From the NCBI GenBank assembly GCA_902570675.1, contig CACFYZ010000001.1:22955-86954 (forward strand): DNA of 64,000 nucleotides. Direction: 5' to 3'. This stretch comes from an uncultured Pelagibacteraceae bacterium. Its GTDB lineage: Bacteria > Pseudomonadota > Alphaproteobacteria > Pelagibacterales > AG-422-B15. A program made the position numbers and the translations under genes. The notes under the pieces were generated by a model. It saw only the letters and a program-made list of their open reading frames with translations. It was not told the DNA's origin and ran no database searches. Below are positions 38,797 through 49,920 of the stretch, one piece after another (positions within the stretch are counted from its first letter, which is position 1; every line of letters starts with the position of its first letter).

Positions 38797-39282
38797 ATGA
38801 GAAAAATTATAATTTTTATTTCATTAGGCATTTTGATCACCAGCTGCGGGTTTAAGCCAATTTATAAAATGTCTGCAGATAATATGGATATAAGTAGCTA
38901 TACCATTGAACTTGAAAATAGAGAACAATTGCAGAATGTAATTATTGAAGAACTAGATCAAAATTTTCCACCTAACACTGATAGTGCTCACAGAATAGTC
39001 TTAAATGTTACTGAAGACCTCATACCACTCATTGTAAATACAAACGGTACAGTTGCTAAATATAGAATTGAAATAACTTTTAATTTTAGCTTAGAAAATT
39101 TGGCAGAAAATAAGGTCTCATATGTTGATACAGCAAGGGGATTCGCCCAGTATTCAGTTGTTACATCTGAAATACAAAATGAAGAAACTCGATCATTAAT
39201 GACTAAAAGTGCTGCAAATGAAGCTATTCAAATGATGATCTCAAAAATACGCAGCAATCAATCAATTATTAATGATAGTTAA
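38797..39282 (+). CDS. lptE: LPS-assembly lipoprotein LptE
   Basis: Lipobox LITSCGFKP typical of LptE, 161 aa, conserved leuS-lptE-holA synteny. Confidence 0.75.
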   Translation: MRKIIIFISLGILITSCGFKPIYKMSADNMDISSYTIELENREQLQNVIIEELDQNFPPNTDSAHRIVLNVTEDLIPLIVNTNGTVAKYRIEITFNFSLENLAENKVSYVDTARGFAQYSVVTSEIQNEETRSLMTKSAANEAIQMMISKIRSNQSIINDS

Positions 39283-40294
39283 AAATCAACAACTTGCACA
39301 AATATCTCGTTTTGAGAGTCGATTTCTTGCAACATTAGTTTACGGCCCTAATGAGGGCTTGGTTAGAGAGTGTATCAAAGAAATAAAAAAACTTTATCTA
39401 AAAGAAAACAAATTCGAGGACATTCAGATAAATGCGAAGGATATAGATGATGATCCTTTAATTATTGATCAGTCGATAAATACAATTTCAATGTTTACTG
39501 AATTTAAAGTCGTATTAGTTAATGCAATAAAAGACAAACACGTCAAGATATTAGAAAGTGTCATGCAATCTGCTCCCGATAAAACATTATTTATTATTAA
39601 AGAAAGTAATTTGACAACAGCTTCTAAAATAAGAAAATTTTTTGATAAGGATCCGACCTATTTTTCTATAGCATGTTACGATGATGATGGAAAAGATTTG
39701 ATGAAAAGTATAAATACTTTTGCTGAAAAGAATTCATTAATTTTTAATCGAGATGTTAAAAATTATCTTTTGGAAAATCTTAGTTCAGATCGAATGATCA
39801 ATCAAAATGAGTTAGAAAAAATTCATCTCTATTATTCTAAATCCAAAAATTCCATCGAATTAGATGTTGTAAAATCTTTATTAAATGACTCGAGCTCTCA
39901 AAATTTACTAAAAATGAATCAAACAGTAATGTATGGAAAAATAGGACATAGTTCTGATGTTTTAAATAAACTTTTGACTGAAGGCACTAATCCGATTGCA
40001 GTGATAAGAAGTTTGATAATTTATTTAAAACGCATTCAAGCAACAAAGATACGTATGAAACAAGGTGCTGATTTTGAAGTTGCAATTAAAAACTTAAAAC
40101 CCCCTGTTTTCTGGAAGGAAAAAGATAACTTTAAAATTCATTGCCAAAGATGGCCACTAAAAATCATTGAGAAAAATCTGTCTGATCTTTTGGACGCGGA
40201 AGTACAATGTAAGTCAGATAGTAACTTAGCAAAGATGATTTGTGAGAAATTCATCACTGAAATTTCTCACAGAGGAAGTCAGTATTATCAATAA
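39272..40294 (+). CDS. holA: DNA polymerase III subunit delta
   Basis: 340 aa. Position after lptE plus N-terminal ...LVYGPNEGLV.. and a general delta-subunit layout. The sequence is divergent. Confidence 0.7.
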   Translation: MIVKNQQLAQISRFESRFLATLVYGPNEGLVRECIKEIKKLYLKENKFEDIQINAKDIDDDPLIIDQSINTISMFTEFKVVLVNAIKDKHVKILESVMQSAPDKTLFIIKESNLTTASKIRKFFDKDPTYFSIACYDDDGKDLMKSINTFAEKNSLIFNRDVKNYLLENLSSDRMINQNELEKIHLYYSKSKNSIELDVVKSLLNDSSSQNLLKMNQTVMYGKIGHSSDVLNKLLTEGTNPIAVIRSLIIYLKRIQATKIRMKQGADFEVAIKNLKPPVFWKEKDNFKIHCQRWPLKIIEKNLSDLLDAEVQCKSDSNLAKMICEKFITEISHRGSQYYQ

Positions 40295-41155
40295 CTAATT
40301 TTTCAATCTTTGTGTAACAAGTTCTAGTTGATCAAGACTTTTGTATTCAATTTTTATATAACCACCTTTTTTTCCACGATGATTGATTGAAACATTTAAA
40401 CCAAGTTTTTCAGATATTTTTTCTTCTAAATCAATTGTATCTGGATCCTTTAATTTTATCTTCTGAACAGTACTTTTTTTGCTTTTAGCAAGGCTTTCAG
40501 CCTCTCTTACATTAAGATTTTCGTTTATTATTTTTTCAGCAAGTTGTTCTGGGAAAGCACTATTCATAATAGCTCTTGCATGGCCCGTCGAAATTTTTCC
40601 CTCAGATATCATATCCTGAATTGATTGAGGTAAAGTTAATAATCTTAATATATTGGCAATATGGCTTCTGCTCTTTCCGACAATTTCAGAGAGAACTTCT
40701 TGGGTATGACCGTGATTGTCAATTAATCTTTTATATCCAGCTGCTTCTTCAATAGGTGACAAGTCTGAACGTTGAATATTTTCAATAATTGCTATTTCAA
40801 GCGCTTCAACGTCATCTAAATTTTTGATAACTGCAGGGATTTCGTGTAGCTGTGCTATTTGAGCAGCCCTCCATCTTCTTTCACCTGCAATGATTTCGTA
40901 TGAATTTTCATCTGCCTTTGAAGGTCGAACTAATATTGGTTGAACTAAGCCTTTTGATTTTATTGACTCGGCCAATTCATTAATACTATTTTTATCAAAT
41001 AATCTTCTTGGTTGAGAAGGACTGGGTTTTAATGCAGCTATTGAAATTGTAGCTTCAGAACTTTTAGCTACGTTATCAGTTGAATTAATATTTGTATCGC
41101 CCATTAGAGATGATAATCCTCGACCAAGTCCTTTTTTTGGAATGTTGGTATTCAT
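40295..41155 (-). CDS. parB: Chromosome partitioning protein ParB
   Basis: GLGRGLSSL, LVQPILVRP and IIAGERRWRAA boxes plus an HTH region. Stop abuts the holA stop with zero spacer. Confidence 0.95.
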   Translation of the reverse strand: MNTNIPKKGLGRGLSSLMGDTNINSTDNVAKSSEATISIAALKPSPSQPRRLFDKNSINELAESIKSKGLVQPILVRPSKADENSYEIIAGERRWRAAQIAQLHEIPAVIKNLDDVEALEIAIIENIQRSDLSPIEEAAGYKRLIDNHGHTQEVLSEIVGKSRSHIANILRLLTLPQSIQDMISEGKISTGHARAIMNSAFPEQLAEKIINENLNVREAESLAKSKKSTVQKIKLKDPDTIDLEEKISEKLGLNVSINHRGKKGGYIKIEYKSLDQLELVTQRLKN

Positions 41156-41940
41156 TAAGCGGCCTCTTTTTCTTTATTTTGTTTTATTATTTCGTTAGCT
41201 AAATTTAAATAAGCCTGACTACCTGATGCGTTTTGATCATAAATTAATGCAGGCATACCAAATGACGGTGCTTCAGATACTCTTACATTTCTTGGAATAA
41301 TTGTTTGGTAAACTTGTTCTTTCAGATGGGACCTAACATCATTTGCAACCTGAGAAGATAATTTATTTCTTCCATCAAACATTGTTAGAACTATTCCATC
41401 AATAGAAAGACCCGGGTTTAAGTTTTGTTTAACCCTATCTATTGTTTTAATTAATTGACTTAAACCTTCGAGAGCAAAAAATTCACACTGCAAAGGAACA
41501 ATAATAGAATTAGCTGCAGTCATGGCCATGACAGTTAATAAACTTAAAGCAGGAGGACAATCTAAAAAAATATAATTAAAATTATTAATGTCTTCTTTCT
41601 CTAATATTTTTTTTAAAGTGAAAGCTCTATCACTAACATCAGCTAATTCAGGTTCGATTCCTGAGAGATCAACAGTTGATGGGATAATAAATAAATTATC
41701 GATAGATGTATTTTTTATAGATTGGTCAATTGAAGTATTTCCTGACAGTACGTCATAAATAGAGTTTTGACGATTTTCATAATCAATACCTAAGCCTGTA
41801 CTTGCGTTGCCCTGCGGATCGAGATCAATAAGTAATACTTTTTCCCCAGAAGCAGCTAGGGCTGTGGATAAGTTTATCGCAGTGGTGGTTTTACCTACTC
41901 CTCCCTTCTGATTTGAAATAGCAATTATTTTATTTTTCAT
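41155..41940 (-). CDS. parA: Chromosome partitioning ATPase ParA
   Basis: Deviant Walker A NQKGGVGKTTT. 261 aa. 1-nt overlap with parB. Confidence 0.95.
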   Translation of the reverse strand: MKNKIIAISNQKGGVGKTTTAINLSTALAASGEKVLLIDLDPQGNASTGLGIDYENRQNSIYDVLSGNTSIDQSIKNTSIDNLFIIPSTVDLSGIEPELADVSDRAFTLKKILEKEDINNFNYIFLDCPPALSLLTVMAMTAANSIIVPLQCEFFALEGLSQLIKTIDRVKQNLNPGLSIDGIVLTMFDGRNKLSSQVANDVRSHLKEQVYQTIIPRNVRVSEAPSFGMPALIYDQNASGSQAYLNLANEIIKQNKEKEAA

Positions 41941-42563
41941 TAAGTACTTGATTTTATTATATTTTTTATCTCTATTATATATGATCTCTTGTTTTTTGGA
42001 TTTTCATGTAATGTATATTCAAAATTCCAGTATTTAGTAGCTCTAATTAATTCATTGTCTATATTTACACCTTTATGTAACAGCAATGTAGTATTTTTTT
42101 TACATAGTTTATAACTAATTGATAATAAATGATTTAATTGACTGACTGCCCTTGCTAAAATAAAATCAAATTTTCTATTTTCTATCTTTTCAGCCTTAAT
42201 GGGAATCACTTCTGTATTTATAAGGTCTAAATTAGTGATACATTTTCTCAGAAATTTTGATCTTTTTGTCCTATTTTCGCACAAAAAAACTCTATTTTTC
42301 CCACTATAGACTATTGATATTGGAACACCTGGGAGCCCAGCACCACTCCCGATGTCAATAATGTCATTACCGTTACTTTTAATAAACTTTAATATTCTCA
42401 GAGAGTCATAGATATGCCTTTTCCATAGAGAATTTATATCATTTTTGGATATTAAACTTTGATCTTCAGCAAGAATCATTTCCTTGTATTTGGACAGTTT
42501 TTCGATTGTTTCACGTGAAACATTTGGCAAAAGCTCTTTAAGAGCCTCAGGCGAATCAATCAT
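41940..42563 (-). CDS. rsmG: 16S rRNA (guanine527-N7)-methyltransferase
   Basis: SAM motif DIGSGAGLPGVP. 207 aa. Canonical mnmG-rsmG-parAB order. Confidence 0.9.
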   Translation of the reverse strand: MIDSPEALKELLPNVSRETIEKLSKYKEMILAEDQSLISKNDINSLWKRHIYDSLRILKFIKSNGNDIIDIGSGAGLPGVPISIVYSGKNRVFLCENRTKRSKFLRKCITNLDLINTEVIPIKAEKIENRKFDFILARAVSQLNHLLSISYKLCKKNTTLLLHKGVNIDNELIRATKYWNFEYTLHENPKNKRSYIIEIKNIIKSST

Positions 42564-42572
42564 AAGTTGATA

Positions 42573-44441
42573 TTATGCTAATTTTTGAGATTTTACCTTG
42601 GTTTTTATGTAAGATAAAATAACACTTAGAGCTGCGGGTGTTACACCATCAATTCTTGATGCCTGGGACAAATTCTTAGGTTTAATTTTTGTTAATTTTT
42701 CAACAATTTCTGTTGATAAACTTGGAATTAGTCCATAATTAATACTATTAGGGATTTCAACTTTTTCCTCTTTAGCAAGTGAAATAATCTCAGTTTCCTG
42801 CTTCTTTATATAACCCTTGTAGTGAGCTTCGGTTAATATTTGATCAAGTATTTCTCGACTATATTGTTTTAGATTTAAACTAAAAATTTTATCAATTTTA
42901 TTCATATCAATATTGGGATAAGCTAGTAGATCAAAAGCTGATCTTTTTTTGCCATCTTGGTTAATTTGAATGCCAATCTTTGATAGTGCATTTGGTGTAA
43001 CATATTGATTTTTAACAATATTATTTAATTTGTCCAAATTTTCTTTTTTATCCGAATATTTTTTAAATCGATAGCTACCTACTAGACCTAAATTATGTCC
43101 AGTCTCAGTTAACCTTAGATCAGCATTGTCTGCTCGTAATAAAAGTCTGTATTCTGCCCTTGAAGTAAACATTCTATAGGGTTCTGTAACTCCTTTAAGT
43201 GTTAAATCGTCAATCATCACCCCAATGTATGAGTCATTTCTTGAAAAAACATATTCCTTATTATTGAGCGAAATTGCTGCATTCAAACCTGCTACAAGTC
43301 CTTGCCCTGCAGCTTCCTCGTAACCTGTAGTTCCATTAATTTGACCAGCAAGGTAAAGACCTTTTATTTTTTTTGTTTCTAATGTTTGATAAAGTTCTTG
43401 TGGATCAATAAAATCATATTCGATGGCATAACCATGCCTTACTATTTTAGCATTCTCTAAACCATTGATTTTACTTATAAATTCATTCTGCACTTCTGGT
43501 GGTAGTGATGTTGAGATACCATTTGGATATATTAAATCACTATCAAGTCCTTCCGGTTCTAAAAATATTTGATGTCTCAATTTATCTGCAAATTTAACCA
43601 CTTTGTCCTCTACAGAAGGGCAATATCTAGGCCCTGTTCCACTTATTTTACCAGAGTAAATAGCTGATTTTGTTATATTTTTTTGAATGATGTTATGAAC
43701 GGACACATTTGTATAAGTCATATGACATGGCAGTTGTTCATTATGAGTTTTTTTGGTTAAGAATGAGAAATAAGAATGCTCATCATCGGCATACTGTTTT
43801 TCGAGTTTTGTAAAATCTATTGTATTTTTATCCAGTCTTGCTGGTGTTCCAGTTTTTAGACGTCCAATATTAAAGCCAGTTTTATAGAGTGAGTTTGCAA
43901 GTCCAATTGAAGGTGAATCACCGTGTCTTCCAGCTGGGATAGTTTTGTCGCCTGAGTGGATTAACCCATTCAAAAATGTCCCGGTTGTAATGATTACTTT
44001 TTTAGTCGATATTTTTTTGCCACTCGCACAAGTCACACCAGCAATTTGCTTATCATTGTCAAAAATCAAATCTTCTACTGGATCAAATAAGAGATCGAGA
44101 TTTGTTGTATTTCCAATCTCCTCTTGCATGTGTTTTTTATAGAGCTTTCTATCCGACTGAGCTCTTGGTCCTCTTACCGCAGGGCCTTTCGTTCTATTAA
44201 GCAATCTGTACTGAATACTTGATAGATCAGCTATTCGCCCCATTATTCCATCAAGTGCATCGATTTCCCTTACTAAATGACCCTTACCAAGACCGCCAAT
44301 GGCAGGATTACAGGACATTTCTCCAATAGTATCAAATTTATGGCTGATCAAGAGGGTTTTTGCACCAACACGTGCAGATGTAGTTGCAGCTTCACAGCCG
44401 GCATGACCTCCCCCAACTATTACAACATCATAACTAGACAT
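42573..44441 (-). CDS. mnmG: tRNA uridine 5-carboxymethylaminomethyl modification enzyme MnmG
   Basis: YDVVIVGGGHAGCEAA FAD motif. 622 aa. GTTGYEEAA.QGL block. Confidence 0.95.
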   Translation of the reverse strand: MSSYDVVIVGGGHAGCEAATTSARVGAKTLLISHKFDTIGEMSCNPAIGGLGKGHLVREIDALDGIMGRIADLSSIQYRLLNRTKGPAVRGPRAQSDRKLYKKHMQEEIGNTTNLDLLFDPVEDLIFDNDKQIAGVTCASGKKISTKKVIITTGTFLNGLIHSGDKTIPAGRHGDSPSIGLANSLYKTGFNIGRLKTGTPARLDKNTIDFTKLEKQYADDEHSYFSFLTKKTHNEQLPCHMTYTNVSVHNIIQKNITKSAIYSGKISGTGPRYCPSVEDKVVKFADKLRHQIFLEPEGLDSDLIYPNGISTSLPPEVQNEFISKINGLENAKIVRHGYAIEYDFIDPQELYQTLETKKIKGLYLAGQINGTTGYEEAAGQGLVAGLNAAISLNNKEYVFSRNDSYIGVMIDDLTLKGVTEPYRMFTSRAEYRLLLRADNADLRLTETGHNLGLVGSYRFKKYSDKKENLDKLNNIVKNQYVTPNALSKIGIQINQDGKKRSAFDLLAYPNIDMNKIDKIFSLNLKQYSREILDQILTEAHYKGYIKKQETEIISLAKEEKVEIPNSINYGLIPSLSTEIVEKLTKIKPKNLSQASRIDGVTPAALSVILSYIKTKVKSQKLA

Positions 44442-44489
44442 GAATAAGTTAATTAAATTAACTTAGACTAATTGCAATCAATTATTTTT

Positions 44490-45785
44490 TTATTTACCGA
44501 TACAAAAATCTTTAAAGATAACTTCCAAATATTCTTCAACATCTACATGGCCAGTTATTTTTCCAATTTCTTGAATAGCTAATCTTAGCTCCTCAACCAT
44601 AAGTTCAGAATTAACTTTCAAATCGATGCTTCTTGCACTTAGTAAACTTTGCACAGAATTTTGAACGCCTAATATATATCGTGTCTTTGTAGGTATGGTG
44701 TCTGTATAACCTATAAATTTATTTGATACCTGCTCAGCAATTTTATCGATTAAATTATCAATACCTCTGCCTCCTAAAACTGAGATATTTATACAGCCTT
44801 CTTGTTTAAAATTATTATGCAAGTCGCATTTATTTAAAACTGTAAGACGATCCTCGTATAATTTAACATTATTTGGATCATCAAATAACTCTAAGACTAA
44901 ATTTGCCTCTTTAATTTTGTTTTGAGTTATCTCAATTCCTTTTTTTTCAATTTCATCTTCTGTGTCTCTTAAACCTGCCGTATCTGTAAAAATGACTGGA
45001 AATCCAGCAATATTTAGCCGAACTTCAATAGCGTCCCTTGTTGTTCCCTCCCTATCAGACACAATGGCAACGTCACGATTTGCAAGTGAGTTAATCAAAC
45101 TTGATTTACCAACATTTGGAGACCCAATGATAGCAACTTTATAACCATCCCTTAATATCTCTCCTTGATTACGTTGTTTCAAATGTTCATTCATTTCATC
45201 TAAAAGTTTTTCAATTTTTAAATTAATATTATTGAGAACATTTTCAGGAATGTCTTCTTCGGCAAAATCTATATCAGCTTCAAGATACGCTACTAATTCT
45301 ATTAAAGATTTTCTCCACGATAAATATAGTTTGTTTAGTGAACCATTCATTTGAGACAGTGCTTGGTTATGTTGTATTTCAGTTTGGGCATTTATTAAAT
45401 CACCCATTGCCTCAATTGCTGTTAAATCCATCTTATTATTGATGAATGCTATTTTTGAAAATTCACCCGGTTGCGCTAGTCTCAACTGGTCAATATTTGA
45501 AAGTGCTTTGAGTAAAAGTTGAACTGTAGTGCTTCCACCGTGTACATGAAACTCAACAACATCTTCACCTGTAAAACTTTTAGGCTTAGAAAAAAACACA
45601 GCAAGACCCTTGTCAATTAAGTTGCCAGTTTCGGGATCATAAAATTCTGATTTTGTTAAAACATTTGGATCGAAGTGACTCTTTCTAGAAATAGTTTTAA
45701 GAGCTGTAAGCGCTAAGTGTCCTGAAACTCTTACTACTGCTAATCCAGCAATTCCGCTTGCGGTAGATAGAGCAAAAATTGTCAT
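44490..45785 (-). CDS. mnmE: tRNA modification GTPase MnmE
   Basis: TIFALST..G.A.LAVVRVSG N-domain, G-domain GSPNVGKSSL / DTAGLR / NKCD, and C-terminal FCIGK. Confidence 0.95.
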   Translation of the reverse strand: MTIFALSTASGIAGLAVVRVSGHLALTALKTISRKSHFDPNVLTKSEFYDPETGNLIDKGLAVFFSKPKSFTGEDVVEFHVHGGSTTVQLLLKALSNIDQLRLAQPGEFSKIAFINNKMDLTAIEAMGDLINAQTEIQHNQALSQMNGSLNKLYLSWRKSLIELVAYLEADIDFAEEDIPENVLNNINLKIEKLLDEMNEHLKQRNQGEILRDGYKVAIIGSPNVGKSSLINSLANRDVAIVSDREGTTRDAIEVRLNIAGFPVIFTDTAGLRDTEDEIEKKGIEITQNKIKEANLVLELFDDPNNVKLYEDRLTVLNKCDLHNNFKQEGCINISVLGGRGIDNLIDKIAEQVSNKFIGYTDTIPTKTRYILGVQNSVQSLLSARSIDLKVNSELMVEELRLAIQEIGKITGHVDVEEYLEVIFKDFCIGK

Positions 45786-46102
45786 TTTTTTATTTCGAGA
45801 TTTTTAGCAATGCGATCATGAATAAGATGTTCTTTTATTACTTGATCTACGTCCTCTTCATTTTTGCACGAATACCAAACATTATCTGGATAGACGACAA
45901 GAGTTGGGCCAAATTCACAATGATCTAGGCAGCCTGAAGTATTAATTCTTATTTTTTTATCAGATGCCAATTCTTTTGTTTTTTTCTTCATGTATGCTCG
46001 AAGGACTGTTGAATTTTTACTAGCACAACAACCTTTAGGATGTCCGTCAGGTCTCTGGTTTGTGCAAAAAAATACGTGTCTTTCAAAAAATTTATTAGTC
46101 AT
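45782..46102 (-). CDS. Thioredoxin-like [2Fe-2S] ferredoxin
   Basis: HVFFCTNQR...GCC...SGCLDHCEFGP cysteine pattern. 106 aa. Confidence 0.8.
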   Translation of the reverse strand: MTNKFFERHVFFCTNQRPDGHPKGCCASKNSTVLRAYMKKKTKELASDKKIRINTSGCLDHCEFGPTLVVYPDNVWYSCKNEEDVDQVIKEHLIHDRIAKNLEIKK

Positions 46103-46132
46103 AAAGTCAGAAAATTATAATATCTTATATAT

Positions 46133-46588
46133 ATGACCAATTACGTTTTCAAATCAATCATTGGCAATATTGAGCTTGTCTCAAGCAAAAATAGAATAAC
46201 CGCAGTTCTGAGAACAAGAAAAAAGCCAAACAAAACAAAGGATAAGCTCTTACGAGGATCTGCGCTTCAGATTAAAATGTATCTTGCAAGCAGAAGACGG
46301 TCTCTTAATTTCCCTACAAAACAAATTGGCACAAAATTTCAAAAACGAGTATGGGATTATTTACAAAAGATACCTTACGGCAAAACTACTACTTATGGAG
46401 ATATTGCAAAAAAGTTAAGAACTTCTCCTAGAGCAGTTGGGGGTGCCTTAGGACGAAATAGTCTCATGATTTCTGTTCCTTGTCACAGAGTTGTGGGAAG
46501 TGACGGCACACTCACAGGATTTACATCAGTGGGTGGATTAAATACAAAGAAAAATTTATTAAGCATTGAACAAAAAACTATCAAATAA
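46133..46588 (+). CDS. ogt: Methylated-DNA--protein-cysteine methyltransferase
   Basis: IPYGKTTTYGDIA...RAVGGALGRN...PCHRVV active-site motif. Confidence 0.9.
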   Translation: MTNYVFKSIIGNIELVSSKNRITAVLRTRKKPNKTKDKLLRGSALQIKMYLASRRRSLNFPTKQIGTKFQKRVWDYLQKIPYGKTTTYGDIAKKLRTSPRAVGGALGRNSLMISVPCHRVVGSDGTLTGFTSVGGLNTKKNLLSIEQKTIK

Positions 46589-47105
46589 AATAAAAAAAAA
46601 AATTAGGGTCATTCCTGATTTCCCCAAGAAGGGCATCCTGTTTCAAGACATAACATCTATTACAGATAATAAGACACTTTTCAGAGATGTGATTCTTGAA
46701 ATTTCAAAATACGTAAAGAAAAACAAATTTACAAAAATTGCTGCTGTAGAGGCGCGGGGATTTATTTTTGGATCTGCAGTATCATTTAAAACTAAAGTGC
46801 CGTTTGTTCCCATTAGAAAAAGTGGAAAGCTTCCTGGAAAAGTTCTGCGGCAAAAATATTCGCTTGAGTATGGTAATGACGAAATTCAAATTCATAGTGA
46901 CTCAATCACTTCACGAGATAGGGTTTTAATAATTGATGACATTATAGCAACCGGCGGTACTGCTTTAGCTTCAGCAAAACTTATCTCCAAGTGCAAAGTA
47001 AAAAAAATCGAATTTTATTTTATAATCGATCTCAAAAATGTTGGGGGTTCACAAAAATTAGGAAAAAAATTTAAACTATCTTCAATTTTAGAGGCTGAAG
47101 GGTAA
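46566..47105 (+). CDS. apt: Adenine phosphoribosyltransferase
   Basis: IPDFPKKGILFQDIT and the PRPP motif VLIIDDIIATGGT. TTG start overlaps ogt by 23 nt. Confidence 0.9.
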   Translation: MNKKLSNKIKKKIRVIPDFPKKGILFQDITSITDNKTLFRDVILEISKYVKKNKFTKIAAVEARGFIFGSAVSFKTKVPFVPIRKSGKLPGKVLRQKYSLEYGNDEIQIHSDSITSRDRVLIIDDIIATGGTALASAKLISKCKVKKIEFYFIIDLKNVGGSQKLGKKFKLSSILEAEG

Positions 47106-47117
47106 TTGTTGTTTCGA

Positions 47118-48377
47118 TTACTTATTCATTGATTGAAAGAAATCAGCGTTATCTTTGGTTTCTTTCAGTTTTCCGAGCAAGAATTCGATAGAGTCCATAG
47201 TGCCCATTGGGTTAAGAATACGTCTCAGAACATACATTTTTTGTAGTTCGTCTTTATCAAGAAGAATCTCCTCTTTTCTAGTACCAGATTTAGTTATATC
47301 AATCGCAGGATAAATCCTCTTATCGGCAACTTTTCTGTCCAATATAATTTCTGAGTTACCTGTACCTTTAAATTCCTCAAAAATAACTTCGTCCATTCTA
47401 CTTCCCGTATCAATTAGAGCAGTGGATATAATGGTTAAAGAACCACCATCTTCGATATTCCTTGCAGCTCCAAAGAATCTCTTCGGTCTTTGCAGTGCAT
47501 TGGCATCAACACCACCCGTTAAAACTTTTCCTGAACTTGGAACAACGGTGTTGTATGCACGACCTAATCTCGTGATAGAGTCGAGTAAGATCACAACATC
47601 TTTTTTGTGCTCTACTAATCTTTTGGCTTTGTTAATAACCATTTCAGCAACTTGTACGTGACGTGATGCCGGTTCATCAAATGTTGAACTGACTACTTCA
47701 CCCTTCACAGAACGTTGCATGTCTGTTACTTCCTCAGGTCGTTCATCAATTAATAATACCATTAAATAACATTCAGGGTGATTATCTGTAATGGAGTGTG
47801 CAATATTTTGCAGCAACACTGTTTTACCTGTTCTTGGAGGTGAAACTATGAGAGCTCTTTGACCTTTACCAATTGGTGAAACCAAATCAATCACTCGTGC
47901 GCTTTGGTCTTTGTCAGGTTTTTCTGTTTCAAGCTTAATTTGTTCATCAGGATATAGGGGTGTTAAGTTGTCAAAATTAATTTTGTTTCTACTTTTGTCA
48001 GTAGCCTCATAATTGATTGTATCGATCTTTAATAAAGCAAAATATCGTTCACCTTCTTTAGGAGCTCTAATGGGTCCTTCAACTGTATCCCCCGATCTTA
48101 ATCCAAATCTCTTGATCTGACTGGGACTAACATAAATATCATCTGGACCAGGCAAATAATTTGCTTCCATTGATCTAAGGAAACCAAAACCATCTTGTAA
48201 GACCTCAAGGACACCTTCTCCATCGATATCCTTCTTGTTTGCCGCAAGAGATCGAAGTATCTCAAACAACATATCTTGGGTGCGCATAGAGCTAGCGTTT
48301 TCAACGCCAGTTTCTTCAGCGTATTTAAGAAGTTCTTGTGGAGTTTTTTTCTTAAGTTCTCTTAATTTTAAGCTCAT
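47118..48377 (-). CDS. rho: Transcription termination factor Rho
   Basis: 419 aa. N-terminal RNA-binding domain (GFGFLR), Walker A PPRTGKT, and RecA-like core [11 protein letters not shown]. Confidence 0.97.
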   Translation of the reverse strand: MSLKLRELKKKTPQELLKYAEETGVENASSMRTQDMLFEILRSLAANKKDIDGEGVLEVLQDGFGFLRSMEANYLPGPDDIYVSPSQIKRFGLRSGDTVEGPIRAPKEGERYFALLKIDTINYEATDKSRNKINFDNLTPLYPDEQIKLETEKPDKDQSARVIDLVSPIGKGQRALIVSPPRTGKTVLLQNIAHSITDNHPECYLMVLLIDERPEEVTDMQRSVKGEVVSSTFDEPASRHVQVAEMVINKAKRLVEHKKDVVILLDSITRLGRAYNTVVPSSGKVLTGGVDANALQRPKRFFGAARNIEDGGSLTIISTALIDTGSRMDEVIFEEFKGTGNSEIILDRKVADKRIYPAIDITKSGTRKEEILLDKDELQKMYVLRRILNPMGTMDSIEFLLGKLKETKDNADFFQSMNK

Positions 48378-48460
48378 ACTGTTTTAAATTTTGGATAAGT
48401 TATTTTTGGAAAGTGTAAAAGAAGATGTTTTCTAGCTTTAATTTTTGAGTCTGGCAAGTT

Positions 48461-48904
48461 TTAAATTGGCTTAAATATTACTAAAAATACAATAATTATC
48501 ATCAAAACTGTGGGAAATTCGTTAATTATTCTATAATACCGCTCTGATCTTGCCCGCTTATCTTGCTGAAATTCCTTTGTAATTTTAGCTAAATAACCAT
48601 GTACTCCTGATAAAAGCAGTACAAAAACTACTTTTAACTGAAGCCAAAGCGCACTTAATGACTCCACGCCTAGTGTGGATATAAGGGCTATACCAAATAG
48701 CCAGGAAAATATCATAGCAGGATTCATAATTATTCTGAGCAATCGTATTTCCATTAATTTTAAAGTCTCAGATGTTTCAGATCCTATTTCTTTTGTAAAG
48801 TGATAAACAAAAAGTCTTGGTAAGTATAAAAGTCCAGCCATCCAGGCGATCACACTGATGATGTGCAAACTCAAAAATAAATTATATAAAAATATACTAT
48901 TCAT
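48461..48904 (-). CDS. hemJ: Protoporphyrinogen IX oxidase HemJ
   Basis: LHIISVIAWMAGLLYLPRLFVYH is the HemJ (UPF0093) signature. 147 aa with 4 TM helices. Clustered with hemH and hemE. Confidence 0.85.
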   Translation of the reverse strand: MNSIFLYNLFLSLHIISVIAWMAGLLYLPRLFVYHFTKEIGSETSETLKLMEIRLLRIIMNPAMIFSWLFGIALISTLGVESLSALWLQLKVVFVLLLSGVHGYLAKITKEFQQDKRARSERYYRIINEFPTVLMIIIVFLVIFKPI

Positions 48905-49920
48905 TATATTTGCTGGTAGCAGCGTTTAAATGTCGTTGGGCAAATTTTTTCAGCAATGTTTTCATTGCTCGTCTGATCTGATTCGATAACTATTTCAGCT
49001 AAGCTATCTATAAATACAGAGTCAATGTTTAAAGACTCTGAACGAAAATAATGTTTGTAGCCCATTTCATCTGCCATTTCTTTATACTCAATATCAAGCT
49101 CTACTAGAGTTTCAGAGTGATCTGAAACAAAAGCAATCGGAACAATAATAATAGCAGCATCTTCTTTAATCGCTTTTTCAATTTCACTTGGTGTAGATGG
49201 TTCAAGCCACTTAACAGGTGTCACCTTGCTCTGATAAGCTAATACATGATCGTCGTGTCCTTTAAGTCCTGCCATGACAGCACTTACAGTTTGTTCAACT
49301 TGCCATTGATACGGATCACCACCTTTAATAATTGAGACAGGCAAACTGTGAGCAGAAAATAAAATCCTGATCTTTTTATCTTTAATTTGATCTATTTTCT
49401 TTTGTATTAAACGCTGATGAGACTCAATGAATTTCTTATTCATTGGATAACAGCAAGTGTATTTTGTTGGGGCTAGTAAGTTTTGTTTCTTTGCTTCTTT
49501 AAACCAGAGATCTAAAGAAGATTTAGTGGTTGTAGTTGAGTATTGAGGATAAAGGGGAAGTAAAAAAATATTGTCTGGATTGTAATTTTTCACCTCTTTA
49601 ACGATTTCGGCTGTCATAGGATGCCAGTAACGCATACACACAAACACTTTGGAGGGTATACCTTGTATTGCTAGAGCCCCTTCAAGTGCAGTGGCCTGAT
49701 CGTTTGTGATGTCTAAAATGGGTGATTTACCACCAATTTCAGAATATATTTCAGTTGCTTCCTTTGTCCTCAAAGTCGATATCAGTTTTGCTAATAAGAA
49801 ACGGAACGGATTGGGTAACTTAAAAATATTAGGATCATTAAAGAGATTGAATAGGAAAGGTCTCACGCTTTCTTGTTTGTCGGGTCCACCCAAATTAAAT
49901 AATATTATCGCTGTTTTCAT
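48904..49920 (-). CDS. hemH: Ferrochelatase
   Basis: LFNLGGPD, RYWHP and SAHSLP motifs. 338 aa. Confidence 0.93.
   Translation of the reverse strand: MKTAIILFNLGGPDKQESVRPFLFNLFNDPNIFKLPNPFRFLLAKLISTLRTKEATEIYSEIGGKSPILDITNDQATALEGALAIQGIPSKVFVCMRYWHPMTAEIVKEVKNYNPDNIFLLPLYPQYSTTTTKSSLDLWFKEAKKQNLLAPTKYTCCYPMNKKFIESHQRLIQKKIDQIKDKKIRILFSAHSLPVSIIKGGDPYQWQVEQTVSAVMAGLKGHDDHVLAYQSKVTPVKWLEPSTPSEIEKAIKEDAAIIIVPIAFVSDHSETLVELDIEYKEMADEMGYKHYFRSESLNIDSVFIDSLAEIVIESDQTSNENIAEKICPTTFKRCYQQI

Noticed and set aside
44446-44464. Perfect 8-bp inverted repeat AAGTTAAT-TAA-ATTAACTT between mnmE and mnmG as a terminator
   Set aside because: The stem is nearly all A-T (one G-C pair) with a 3-nt loop and no following U-tract. 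It lies right at the mnmG ribosome-binding region, so it is at most a weak translational element.
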